Source: an uncultured bacterium
GTDB taxonomy: Bacteria; CSSED10-310; CAZUFC01
Length of the DNA stretch: 17,869 nucleotides
NCBI GenBank assembly: GCA_964619725.1
Contig: CAZUFC010000153.1
Location: 1-17,869, forward strand
Direction: 5' to 3'
How positions within the stretch are numbered: the first letter of the stretch is position 1; each line of letters starts with the position of its first letter. This document shows positions 1 through 8,549 of this stretch, one piece after another. The notes beneath the pieces were generated by a model, which was not told the DNA's origin, did not search any database, and was given only the letters and a program-made list of their open reading frames with translations. The position numbers and the translations under genes were made by a program.

Positions 1-55
1 CGGTTATCCTGCAACCGGAATGGATTTTTTCAGCCATTGGCCGCGAAACATAACA

Positions 56-83
56 GGGGTCGGGGTCGGGGTCGCAATCGCAA
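56..83. repeat. Hexamer tandem repeat (GGGGTC x3, then GCAATC)
   Basis: GGGGTC GGGGTC GGGGTC GCAATC GCAA; same family as 3255-3295. Confidence 0.7.
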
Positions 84-108
84 CAAAATGATGGAATATT
101 CCGTCAAG

Positions 109-143
109 TTGTAACCTCAAAAGTCCAATTTTTGATCAATGCC
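109..143. repeat. Bipartite motif TTGTAACCTC-N15-GATCAATGCC, copy 1
   Basis: Both 10-bp blocks and the 15-bp spacing recur exactly at 3616-3650. Confidence 0.65.
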
Positions 144-225
144 CGGATTGATTATACGTTGAATGAGCAATACTGCAGCCGGTCGCAGCATTGAGGAAAA
201 TTGGCCGTTTATGGACAGAAACCGG

Positions 226-2493
226 TTAATTCCTCAGCATAGTCTTAAGTTCGTCAATCTCTTCACGTAATTTCTGCATCTCTCTCTGCTGCTTCTGCAC
301 TACCTTCGTCAGCACCGCGGTAATATCCATAGCGCTCAGGCCTTTCCTGTCCATATCGGCAACCAGGTCGGGAACTTCTTCGGCAATAAAACCCAGGTTT
401 TCATCAGAATTGCTGGACTTGTAATTAAACCTGGTAGGTCGAAGTTGAAACAAGGCGCTCAATGCATCTTCCGTCGTCAGATCGCGAATGTTCTCTTTGG
501 CTTCCCGAGACGAGGCATCATACCAGGTATTTCCATCGCAGTAGGCGTTCGGAGCGCTCCCGTCGCTTACCTCGAGTTTATAAGCCGGACTTGTCGTGCC
601 GATGCCGACATTACCTCCCATAACAGCCATTGTATTGGATTGAGAGATAGTTCTTGCGGTCGAATCCAATCCGATTCCGACAGTATAGTTGCCTTGAGCG
701 GTTATATAACTCCCCATAGAAGTGGAATGATGTCCGGTTGCGGCTGTGTAGGCTCCCAATGCCATAGAAGCGAAGCCGCTTGCGGTCGTGTATTCCCCTA
801 TGGCTACAGAAACTTCTTCGTTGTCGGCGATTGCGCCATGCCCTATTGCCGTGGCGTTGTCTCCGGCAGCCGTCGTATTTCTTCCCATTGCGATGGAGCA
901 GATTCCGGCGGCGCTGCAATCCCTGTCTCCAATTATCGCCGCCGCTCCGCCAGCCTCGTAGGGTACCAGCAGATGCAACATTGCCGAAGGACTCGTCGTC
1001 CCGATGCCGATTTTTCCCCCTTCCGTTACCTTGAACAAATCCCCGTCAGCGCCGTCATCTGAACTGACCAAAAATGCGCTTCCCCCTGTCGTCCCATTAG
1101 CGCTGACCGTCAGATGCGCATTAGGATTGGCATACCCTATGCCGGCGGTGGAGCTTATTCTCAGATCGCTTGCAAACACGGCTTCTTCAGTTTGAAAAGT
1201 CCCGGTCATATTGAAATCACCGATAACCTCTGCGTTTCCTTCTACTTGAAGCCTTTTCGTCGGCGACGCCGTTCCAATGCCGACATCGGCCTGGATGATT
1301 AACTTCTCCGAAGGATCAAGCGTGAGGTCTCCGCTTACGGTCGTTATGGCGCTCATCTGCTGGAAATTCAGGTTGCCGGAGCCGTCTATATTAACCTTAT
1401 GATTGCCTGCAGCCTGGAAACGCAACTGGTCCATCCCGTATGAGTAATACACTCCTCCGTCAGCCCTGTCGCTGTCGCTCATGAATAGGCCGGCGTTTTC
1501 GCTGCCGATAAGGTTGATATACGGATAGTTGTTTTCAACAACAAGCACATCGATCGGATCATAAGGCGAAGCAGCGCCGGGAACCGCAGAACCTAATATG
1601 TGCAGCTTGACTTCAGGACTTGACGTGCCTATTCCGATATTTCCCGTGGAATCGTCATAGTAAGCCTCAGCGCCTCCTGCAGCTCCATCGTCATTGTAAA
1701 TTATCTGTCGATTCAAACCGCCGACTGGTCCAGTGGGACCGCCGGGACCCGTCGGACCGGTATCGCCTTGAGGACCTATTGGTCCGGTGTAGCCATGAGG
1801 ACCAGTTAGGCCGGTATCGCCCTGGGGACCAGCCGAACCGGTATCGCCTTGAGGACCCATTGGTCCGGTGTCACCCTGGGGACCGATTGGTCCAGTGTCG
1901 CCTTGGGGACCGATTGGTCCGGTATCGCCCTGGGGACCGGCCGGACCGGTATCGCCTTGAGGGCCCATTGGTCCGGTGTCGCCCTGGGGGCCGGTCGGAC
2001 CGGTATCGCCCCGGGGACCGCTTAAATCGCTCGGATCGCCTGTCCATTCTCCCGAATCGTTGATCACCATTCCGTATCCTTCAATATAAACGCTGCGCGG
2101 ATGTATGTCCCGGCCGTATACATCCTCTGCATCCGCAGCTTTAAACGCCTGTCCGACGCTCGTCAACTCCTGCCTTGGACTCAACGGTTCGCCTTCAACC
2201 GTAACTTCCAGCCAATAAGGCTCATCAAACCCCAATTCGATTGACGTTACTTCCCCCAATATTACATGAAACAATCCGGAAACTACCGCGACCTCGGACT
2301 GCTCCTCCGACCACAACAAGGTTCCTTCCGTTTCTGAATCGTAAATTTGAAATTCCATGGAATAATTTCCATCCAGAGGTTCGCCGTCGGGATTAGTGAG
2401 ATATCCCTGATAGTTAATGGTTTGCGGTATTCCGGCATAAGCTGCGGAATAAAATAAGCTTAGAAAAACAAAGGCTATCGACAGTTTTTTCAT
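226..2493 (-). CDS. Secreted trimeric fibre/adhesin-like protein (collagen repeat, GNIGIGT repeats, YadA/Hep_Hag-like head repeats, C-terminal Peptidase_S74 intramolecular chaperone)
   Basis: SD GGAGG upstream; signal peptide [21 protein letters not shown]-terminal [11 protein letters not shown] domain; 33 Gly-X-Y triplets; [10 protein letters not shown]-type repeats; SIAMG/ATAIG/SVAIG/SMALG head repeats; SSREAKENI...LRPTRFNYK...LGFIAEEV plus terminal coiled coil matches the S74 chaperone pattern. Confidence 0.9.
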   Translation of the reverse strand: MKKLSIAFVFLSLFYSAAYAGIPQTINYQGYLTNPDGEPLDGNYSMEFQIYDSETEGTLLWSEEQSEVAVVSGLFHVILGEVTSIELGFDEPYWLEVTVEGEPLSPRQELTSVGQAFKAADAEDVYGRDIHPRSVYIEGYGMVINDSGEWTGDPSDLSGPRGDTGPTGPQGDTGPMGPQGDTGPAGPQGDTGPIGPQGDTGPIGPQGDTGPMGPQGDTGSAGPQGDTGLTGPHGYTGPIGPQGDTGPTGPGGPTGPVGGLNRQIIYNDDGAAGGAEAYYDDSTGNIGIGTSSPEVKLHILGSAVPGAASPYDPIDVLVVENNYPYINLIGSENAGLFMSDSDRADGGVYYSYGMDQLRFQAAGNHKVNIDGSGNLNFQQMSAITTVSGDLTLDPSEKLIIQADVGIGTASPTKRLQVEGNAEVIGDFNMTGTFQTEEAVFASDLRISSTAGIGYANPNAHLTVSANGTTGGSAFLVSSDDGADGDLFKVTEGGKIGIGTTSPSAMLHLLVPYEAGGAAAIIGDRDCSAAGICSIAMGRNTTAAGDNATAIGHGAIADNEEVSVAIGEYTTASGFASMALGAYTAATGHHSTSMGSYITAQGNYTVGIGLDSTARTISQSNTMAVMGGNVGIGTTSPAYKLEVSDGSAPNAYCDGNTWYDASSREAKENIRDLTTEDALSALFQLRPTRFNYKSSNSDENLGFIAEEVPDLVADMDRKGLSAMDITAVLTKVVQKQQREMQKLREEIDELKTMLRN
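1723..2019 (-). repeat. Collagen-like repeat, 33 uninterrupted Gly-X-Y triplets (27-bp unit GPQGDTGPx)
   Basis: Read directly from translation and DNA periodicity. Confidence 0.95.
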
Positions 2494-2793
2494 CTCTCTC
2501 CTCCATCTGAGAATAATATAAAGCGACGCTTGTTCAGAGAACGCTTCTCCTACAGCGAAACTTCGCCGTTCAAATCAAAACAGTCAAAATACCTAGACGG
2601 TATAAAGACTTCTCTTTTTCACTACTGATTAATCACCTCCATGTCAATTAAAAGAGTAAAGCGTTCAGCGAAGCATTTTCTAAACAAAGCGCTGATTTTT
2701 TTGGATTACGCTTTAAACCTCTCATCAAAACTTCGGGGCTTGATTCGCATGAACTGAAGCGTGACGGCCGGCGCTTGAATTCGCCGTGGAAAT

Positions 2794-2859
2794 ATGAAAC
2801 GACGCAACTTTATTCGATCACTGGTAAAGCGCGGATGTTTCTTATATCGTCAAGTTTAA
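2794..2859 (+). pseudogene. HicA-like toxin N-terminal remnant
   Basis: Manual translation MKRRNFIRSLVKRGCFLYRQV* resembles the HicA start MKRxxLIxxLxxxGCxLxRxG; it stops before the catalytic His motif. Confidence 0.55.
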
Positions 2860-2963
2860 CCTCATTGAAAAAACAAGGCGATTTAAAATGATCGAAAAGA
2901 ATCCTCCCATGCGTTATCATGTCGTTTCGTCTCGTTAAAAATAATCCGCGGGAAGAATTATTT

Positions 2964-3140
2964 ACCCATGAAGCGAATGAAGACGCCAGGTTAAACCTCT
3001 CTTCATGTCCATCATACTCTTTATGGTGAAATTCTTCCTTTTCATCAGCGAAGTCGGTGAAACGCCTTCGGCAGCCCTTCGATGGAGACAATTTTTACTT
3101 TGATATTTTTCTCACCATGAAGCACATGAAGAGCATGAAG
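2964..3140. repeat. Three arms of ~9-bp CATGAAG-type repeats in alternating orientation
   Basis: 2964-2982 ACCCATGAAGCGAATGAAG; 3001-3031 CTTCATGTCCATCATACTCTTTATGGTGAAA (inverted); 3113-3140 CACCATGAAGCACATGAAGAGCATGAAG. Confidence 0.6.
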
Positions 3141-3254
3141 TTGCCGGTAAACATCTACTCAGATCGGGCTATCACAGGTTCGTCTTCAATAATAATGACG
3201 GGACTGATCGAACCCGGGTTACACTTCTTTTAAAACTTTCGACAGTTTCTTTCA

Positions 3255-3295
3255 GTAATCGGGGTCGGGGTCGGTATCGGGATCGCTATCGGAAT
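3255..3295. repeat. Hexamer tandem repeat GNNRTC, ~7 units
   Basis: GTAATC GGGGTC GGGGTC GGTATC GGGATC GCTATC GGAAT. Confidence 0.75.
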
Positions 3296-3388
3296 AAATA
3301 ATTACAAGGAGATATGTTTTGACTTTATCAAATTTTATAGCCCTCTCAATTATTCAAGGCTGCGAAAATTGCAACCTCGGTTTGATCA

Positions 3389-3446
3389 GTCCCATAAAGG
3401 ACAAAGGGACCTAAGCGACCAAAGGGACCAAAGGGACAGAAGGGAC
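3389..3446. repeat. ~9-bp tandem repeat (CAAAGGGAC-like, ~6 units)
   Basis: GTCCC ATAAAGGAC AAAGGGAC CTAAGCGAC CAAAGGGAC CAAAGGGAC AGAAGGGAC. Confidence 0.75.
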
Positions 3447-3615
3447 GCCTGGAATATAAAATCATTGGGGCTGATCACATGGGGGTTAATATTTGTCCCA
3501 ATCCAGAAATCTCTTAAGCTCCGAAGGAGCGCTGTAAATTCAAGATCCTGCGGCTATAGTAAGGTAGTGGGAGTCAAAACTGTTCGTAAATACTCCGAAT
3601 CAATTCAGCGCCGAA

Positions 3616-3650
3616 TTGTAACCTCGAAAAGGGCGCTTTCGATCAATGCC
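3616..3650. repeat. Bipartite motif TTGTAACCTC-N15-GATCAATGCC, copy 2
   Basis: Same blocks and spacing as 109-143. Confidence 0.65.
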
Positions 3651-3689
3651 GAATTTTTGAAACATTTATAAATGTCCGTTTTCGCCGTC

Positions 3690-3785
3690 AAAAAAATTGC
3701 GTTCCCCGGCGTGCTCCGTGAGGAGGCGCTGCGTTGAAAGGCAGCGCATCTCCTCACTCCGCACGCCGGGGAACGCAATTTTTTT
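3690..3785. other. Long hairpin/cruciform 3' of the putative DGR variable region (may also act as a terminator)
   Basis: Perfect 25-bp outer stem 3690-3714/3761-3785, 3x3 internal loop, 8-bp stem, 2-nt bulge, 7-bp stem, 8-nt loop; homologous copy at 14194-14286. Confidence 0.85.
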
Positions 3786-3825
3786 AAAGGGTAAAAGGGT
3801 AAAAGGGTAAAAGTATAAAGGGTAA
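3786..3825 (-). other. Pyrimidine-rich IMH-like tract (ACCCTTTT repeats) directly after the stop codon
   Basis: Minus strand reads TT ACCCTTT ATACTTTT ACCCTTTT ACCCTTTT ACCCTTT, between the variable region and the hairpin, which is the IMH position in DGR targets. The functional call is inference. Confidence 0.6.
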
Positions 3826-6558
3826 TTAAGGAAACCTCGCAGGGCGGAAGCCGAAATCGTAGCTGCTGACATCGGGCGAGTAGCTGCTCCGATAGGCCGA
3901 ACGACAGTACCTCGCAAGGTCGTACCAGCCGCCGCCGCGGAGAACGCGGTACGAGCCCTCATCCGGACCTGTCGGATCGTTAACCGGCGAATACTCATAA
4001 TAGTCCCCATCGTACCAGTCCCAGCACCATTCCCAAACATTGCCGTGCATATCGAATAATTCCCAGGAGTTGTCCTGTTTCTGACCGACGTTGTGGGTTT
4101 CATCTCCCGAATTGTACCAATACCACGCCAAAGGATCAAGATTGGGGTCATCATAACAATCGGTGTTATCCTGCCCGCTGTTGTAAGCCGTATCTGTTCC
4201 CGCCCGGCAGGCGTATTCCCATTCCGCTTCCGTGGGCAGCCTGTATCCGTTCGCTGACTGGTTCCAGTAAACCGGACCGCTATAAACCGGCGGCGTTCCG
4301 TCGAATACCGTGGAATAGGACTCATCCGCATAATAACAGGGCGTCAATCCGTCGGCCGTGGAAAGACGATTGCAGTAAATACAGGCGTCATACCAGGTTA
4401 TATATTCCACAGGTCTTTGAAGTCCTGAAAAGTAAGAGGGATTATCTCCGAAAACATTCACCCATTGTTCCTGGGTCGTCTCCGTCTGCTGAATGTAAAA
4501 ACCCTGCGTCAACGTCACCGTATGGAGAAGTTCATCGCCGTCACGGCACATCTCGTCCTCCGGCGAACCCATCTGAAACGTTCCCGGCGGGTAATATATG
4601 AAATTGGTCGGAACGGGCGGCGGAGAGGGCGTAGGACTTGTGGGCGTTTCGGTCCATTCCGGGGTTGACGTCATAAACGGCGTTGCAGTGGGTTCGCTGT
4701 CGACCGTTACGTCAAATTCCGATTCGACTGAAGCGGGCAGATCGGGATCGAAAAGCAACGTCCACCATCCCTCTGTGGGAACCATTTTCATTCCGACCAG
4801 GGTCATATCTGTTTCGCCGTTCTGTTCGCCTGTGAGATACATATGTTCGTAGTCGAAGCTGTAAGAGACGATTCCGTGGGGGTCCAATTTAACGCCCGTG
4901 TCGCACATGAAGTTTCCCAGTTCCTCCATCAAGGAAATCAGTATCCCCAGGGGACCGAAAATGGTTCTGTCCAGAAGTTCAGCCCAATCAAAGCCGTTCT
5001 CATACTGATCGAATTCGATCGGCAGCGGCAAAGGCTGGGGATCGCCCCATTGCATGATGTCATCGCCCAGAAGTTGTTCGAAAATGTCCAAACCCAGACT
5101 GGCCAAAATATCAATGATAAAATCAATTATCTCTTCTTTCATCTCTTGGGATGCCGGAAGCGCAGCCAAAATAGCATCAAGAATCATTCCCAACGTCGCC
5201 GCAACCGGCGTTTCCTGGTTGTCGAACGTGCCGACGGTGATCAAGTCCAACGTCTCGTTTTCATGAACCGTTATTGAATCGCCGTATCCCTGGAATTCTA
5301 CGTACTGAAGGTCGGTGGGCATTACGCCGTCGATTACGGCATCCACTGTTTTAATGGCGAAATGGATGCCGACAGCTCCGACCACGGAAGTCCCGCCTGA
5401 CGGAAGGGCGCCCAGCAGCGCGGCCAGATCGACTAAGTTCCACGCCGTATCGATAATGGATAATGCCGAACTCGTCACATCAAGCGTAAGGCACAGATTA
5501 GCCAATGCGACTTCTCCCTCTCCGCAGACGAAATCTCTGTTCGCCCGTTCGCTCATCTGATCGAATATCTCATCCAGACCGTTCTGCGCGAGTATACTTT
5601 CGATGATCTCCTTCTCATCGTCAGGAAGGGTCTCCCATTCATTGTGAAACGCGTGAAAAATGTCGCCTGCTCTGTTCACAGTCGCCTGAAAATCAGCCTC
5701 GGCTTCCGCCGGGATCATGCCAAGCTCCGCAGCGTTTGGAATGATATCATTGTTCATATGACCACATAATCCGTCGAACCCTTCCGAAACTTCCTGCAAC
5801 ACCTGTCCCAGCGGCTTGCCCGACGGAGGCAGCTCCGTTATTTCCAGAATCTTTTCATTGCTTTCCAGGCCGTTGACTCTCAGCTTCACGGCATAGTAAG
5901 CGGGGTCCGCGAATGGAATCGCGGTTACGACGAATTCGCGTTCGCCGTCTTCGGTGATGCCTTTTGCCATTACGGGCAGGACTTCATCGCCCACAATTAT
6001 CTGAATATCTTCATTATTCAGTTGAAAATAGTTGCCTTTCACTCGCAGCATTTTACCGGGCGGTCCCGATTGAGGCGAAATAGAAGCGATGAACGGGTCC
6101 TCCCAGGGACCGTAGTCGAATTCCACGCAGTCGAATTGTCCCAATATCTGCGACATGTCCTGCGTCAGCATGGCGCCGTAAAAACGCAATCCTTCCGCAG
6201 TCGATTCTCCCGTATCCGGCCAGGTGAATTCGTCTAAAACGTCGACCTCCTGCGAACCTATCGGCACGTTGAACTGACCGTAATCGAAACCGGTCTCCTC
6301 CGGCGGCGAAAAATAGGGCCAGCTCGGCCAGAACCAGAATTCGCCGTATACCTCCAATACGAAACACACCGGAACATTCGAATAAGTTTCAGGTCCGGGA
6401 TTGTGCAAGTATCCCTTCACATAGAAAAGTTCGCCCGGATGAACCATGGTCGTCGGCAGCTCCAGGCTGACCCCGAGATCATCCTCAGCCCGGCATACGC
6501 CGTATAATGCAATGACCGATATTACAGCGAAAACCAGGAATAAATTGCCGATGCGCAT
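3826..6558 (-). CDS. Secreted multidomain protein: unnamed N-terminal domain, IPT/TIG-like domain, helical region, Pro/Thr linker, C-terminal FGE-sulfatase-type CLec domain; putative DGR target
   Basis: SD GAGGAG; signal peptide; PFIASISPQSGPPGKMLRVKGNYF (IPT/TIG-like); FQMGS, ETTQEQW, RPVEYITWYDA, YRLPTEAEWEYACRAG, LFDMHGNVWEWCWD, RGGGW, GFR motifs. Confidence 0.92.
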   Translation of the reverse strand: MRIGNLFLVFAVISVIALYGVCRAEDDLGVSLELPTTMVHPGELFYVKGYLHNPGPETYSNVPVCFVLEVYGEFWFWPSWPYFSPPEETGFDYGQFNVPIGSQEVDVLDEFTWPDTGESTAEGLRFYGAMLTQDMSQILGQFDCVEFDYGPWEDPFIASISPQSGPPGKMLRVKGNYFQLNNEDIQIIVGDEVLPVMAKGITEDGEREFVVTAIPFADPAYYAVKLRVNGLESNEKILEITELPPSGKPLGQVLQEVSEGFDGLCGHMNNDIIPNAAELGMIPAEAEADFQATVNRAGDIFHAFHNEWETLPDDEKEIIESILAQNGLDEIFDQMSERANRDFVCGEGEVALANLCLTLDVTSSALSIIDTAWNLVDLAALLGALPSGGTSVVGAVGIHFAIKTVDAVIDGVMPTDLQYVEFQGYGDSITVHENETLDLITVGTFDNQETPVAATLGMILDAILAALPASQEMKEEIIDFIIDILASLGLDIFEQLLGDDIMQWGDPQPLPLPIEFDQYENGFDWAELLDRTIFGPLGILISLMEELGNFMCDTGVKLDPHGIVSYSFDYEHMYLTGEQNGETDMTLVGMKMVPTEGWWTLLFDPDLPASVESEFDVTVDSEPTATPFMTSTPEWTETPTSPTPSPPPVPTNFIYYPPGTFQMGSPEDEMCRDGDELLHTVTLTQGFYIQQTETTQEQWVNVFGDNPSYFSGLQRPVEYITWYDACIYCNRLSTADGLTPCYYADESYSTVFDGTPPVYSGPVYWNQSANGYRLPTEAEWEYACRAGTDTAYNSGQDNTDCYDDPNLDPLAWYWYNSGDETHNVGQKQDNSWELFDMHGNVWEWCWDWYDGDYYEYSPVNDPTGPDEGSYRVLRGGGWYDLARYCRSAYRSSYSPDVSSYDFGFRPARFP
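3829..3963 (-). other. Putative DGR variable region (VR)
   Basis: Encodes SYRVLRGGGWYDLARYCRSAYRSSYSPDVSSYDFGFRPAR. None of the last 45 sense codons has A in position 3; scaffold codons are A-free; variable positions are NNC/NNT. Confidence 0.75.
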
Positions 6559-6734
6559 AAAACTCCTCTCTTATTGTTAAAAATATCAAATATTTAACCA
6601 TGTTTCCGACATCATGACAGACTCGACGGCAGCCGTTAATAATTCGCCTTTTCACGCTTTCCCGAATCTTCTGATGTCCCCTGCACTGCATTTCGCAATT
6701 AGAGAATACGCTTTGGGATAAGCATCTTTTTATT

Positions 6735-6763
6735 TTTATAGCAAATTATGACGATCATGTCAA
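6735..6763 (-). promoter_or_regulatory. Sigma70-type promoter for the 910-aa gene
   Basis: Minus strand TTGACA-17 bp-TATAAA with extended -10 TG. Confidence 0.6.
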
Positions 6764-6878
6764 ATGTTTATGGGTGGTCATTCTTAGAGGACTTGCAGTT
6801 TGGACTATGCAGCATCTGAACGGACTTGCAACGAATTAGCAGAGGGAACGCCGGTCGAAGCCGGCTGCCGTCGCTCAG

Positions 6879-8492
6879 CTAATCACGCCATCCGAATTCC
6901 CATTCTGCCACATTCTCGCATAGTAATCTCGAATATGATGAATCGACCAAAGCCGCCCACCATATTATCCCGTCTGCATTGCCCGCTCCATGAGGCCAAT
7001 AGAAATCATCGACTACTTTTACAGACTGAAAAAAGACGTCAGGCTCTACCCAATAATGATCCATGGAGAGAGAAAACGAAGGCGCGAAATAATATTCACC
7101 CCAAACGTTTAAAATCACGAAAAGAGGGATATTTTCGTTACACTCTTGCATTCTGTAATTCACTACGCAATTGCAGAAATCTCCCGGCTGGAAAAGGTGG
7201 AAAGGCATGGTGATCGTAACTTCACCACGAGCGGGTAATGTCGGGGTGGGCGTGGGGTGATAGGTGGTGGGAGTTTTTGTGGGGGTGTTCGTTGGAGTTC
7301 TGGTTGCAGGTCCCGTTCCTGGTGTCGCCGTTCTTGTGGCCGTAGGAGTTCTAGTCGGAGTATAGGTGCTTCCAGGAGGATTCGTCGGAGTTTTTGTAGG
7401 AGTTCTAGTTCTTGTCGGTGTTCGCGTGGGCGTTTTGCTATAGTAATAAGTGGGCGTTTTAGTCGGAGTTCGGGTGCGTGTCGGTGTTCGTGTGGGTGTT
7501 TTGCTATAGTAATCAGTGGGCGTTTTGGTCGGAGTTCGGGTGCGTGTCGGCGTTCTGGTCGGGGTGCGGCTGTAATAACTCGTTGGAGTTCTTGTAGGCG
7601 TTCGCGTTGGCGTGGTGGTAGGTTGCGACCCTGAAAAACCTCCGGGAATCGGATAAATTTCATGACCTGATGAATTATTGAAATCAATATCATCAATATA
7701 AATTCCTTCATATGTGATGCTGTAATCAGAGATGAACCAGAAAATGATCCTCAAATAAAAACAGTCATCATAACCGCTGTTCAATTGATCATCTTTAAAA
7801 TCCCAATCGTGAACATCATCAGTCCAATTGGTGGCAGACCATGAATCCGGATTCCCCTGATTTAAACCATGGGGCGGTTCATCAATAAAACCCTCAACTT
7901 CCACCTTCAACCAATCAAATTCATATCCTTCAACATCAGACCACACATAATAATCAAAAAAATTAGTGTAATTGCCCCATAATCCCCAATATTCGCATTC
8001 GACATACATATAGGACTCCTGGTAGTTGTCATATTCCCACTCAGGATGAGACCCTATATCGGCACACCAACCGCTCCAGGAACCGTTGAAAGAGCGATGA
8101 TTTGTATCATCCCAATAATCATAGCCATTATTATAGTTTAAATCCCCTACAAACCAGTAACTACCTGGAAAAGATCCTTCAAAATCTTCCATTCCGTTTT
8201 GATACAAAGTTGATTTAGAATCCAATCCTCTCTCCCATGATAATATGTTTCTCAAGACGCTTTTTTTGCACTTCTGATTGGAGTAGTTTAATTTCAGTTC
8301 AGATAAAAATCCTAATTTGTCTTGTTTTTTCCTCATTTCTCTTTTAATATCAATTAAATACCTAATCTCTGATTCACTTTTTTTCTCATCAAGACATGAC
8401 ATTTCCAATTCATTCTTTGAAGCATCGACGATTTGAGCCAATGCAAAAAAATAAACAATAACCAAAACAACAACTGTCAGAAAATTTTTCAT
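6879..8492 (-). CDS. Secreted protein with jelly-roll (MAM/cleaved-adhesin/InhA C-terminal-like) domain, long Pro/Thr/Arg linker and unnamed C-terminal domain
   Basis: ORF is open to 8531, but GGAG SD 6 nt before ATG 8492 gives MKNFLTVVVLVIVYFFALAQ (signal peptide); EDFEGSFP...W...FWFISDYSITYEGIYIDDIDF pattern. Confidence 0.82.
   Translation of the reverse strand: MKNFLTVVVLVIVYFFALAQIVDASKNELEMSCLDEKKSESEIRYLIDIKREMRKKQDKLGFLSELKLNYSNQKCKKSVLRNILSWERGLDSKSTLYQNGMEDFEGSFPGSYWFVGDLNYNNGYDYWDDTNHRSFNGSWSGWCADIGSHPEWEYDNYQESYMYVECEYWGLWGNYTNFFDYYVWSDVEGYEFDWLKVEVEGFIDEPPHGLNQGNPDSWSATNWTDDVHDWDFKDDQLNSGYDDCFYLRIIFWFISDYSITYEGIYIDDIDFNNSSGHEIYPIPGGFSGSQPTTTPTRTPTRTPTSYYSRTPTRTPTRTRTPTKTPTDYYSKTPTRTPTRTRTPTKTPTYYYSKTPTRTPTRTRTPTKTPTNPPGSTYTPTRTPTATRTATPGTGPATRTPTNTPTKTPTTYHPTPTPTLPARGEVTITMPFHLFQPGDFCNCVVNYRMQECNENIPLFVILNVWGEYYFAPSFSLSMDHYWVEPDVFFQSVKVVDDFYWPHGAGNADGIIWWAALVDSSYSRLLCENVAEWEFGWRD
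7380..7577 (-). repeat. 3 x 66-bp intragenic tandem repeat (YYS[RK]TPTRTPTRTRTPTKTPTx)
   Basis: GCTATAGTAA at 7437 and 7503 and GCTGTAATAA at 7569 give a 66-bp period. Confidence 0.9.
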
Positions 8493-8549
8493 CATTTTCT
8501 CCATTTCTGTTAACTTTTTATTTCTATCCATCGCATAAATTTTTAAAAC

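Noticed and set aside
445-2063. Antisense and overlapping ORFs inside long genes (for example 445-1062, 1620-2063, 7163-7711, 15973-16398)
   Set aside because: Explained by repeats and codon bias of the real genes.
226-2493. Prophage tail fibre
   Set aside because: It has a Sec-type signal peptide and there are no capsid, terminase, integrase or other phage genes nearby.
2964-3446. CRISPR array associated with the CHAT protease (type III-E-like)
   Set aside because: Repeats are 6-9-bp tandem units with no unique spacers; no cas genes are present.
2810-3671. ORFs 2810-3091 (-) and 3369-3671 (+)
   Set aside because: TTG starts, no recognisable family, and they run through tandem repeats; probably spurious.
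3666-4331. 221-aa alternative-frame ORF, and its counterparts at 14308-14610 and 14626-14823
   Set aside because: Shadow frame of the CLec domain. It stays open partly because of codon bias, and its recurrence only reflects the duplication.
3826-4610. True formylglycine-generating enzyme
   Set aside because: It lacks the catalytic RGGSxxCxxxxC cysteine pair, has no sulfatase neighbour and sits at the end of a secreted multidomain protein.
6850-6866. GCCGG-TCGAAG-CCGGC hairpin as terminator of the jelly-roll gene
   Set aside because: Only a short stem with no U-tract.
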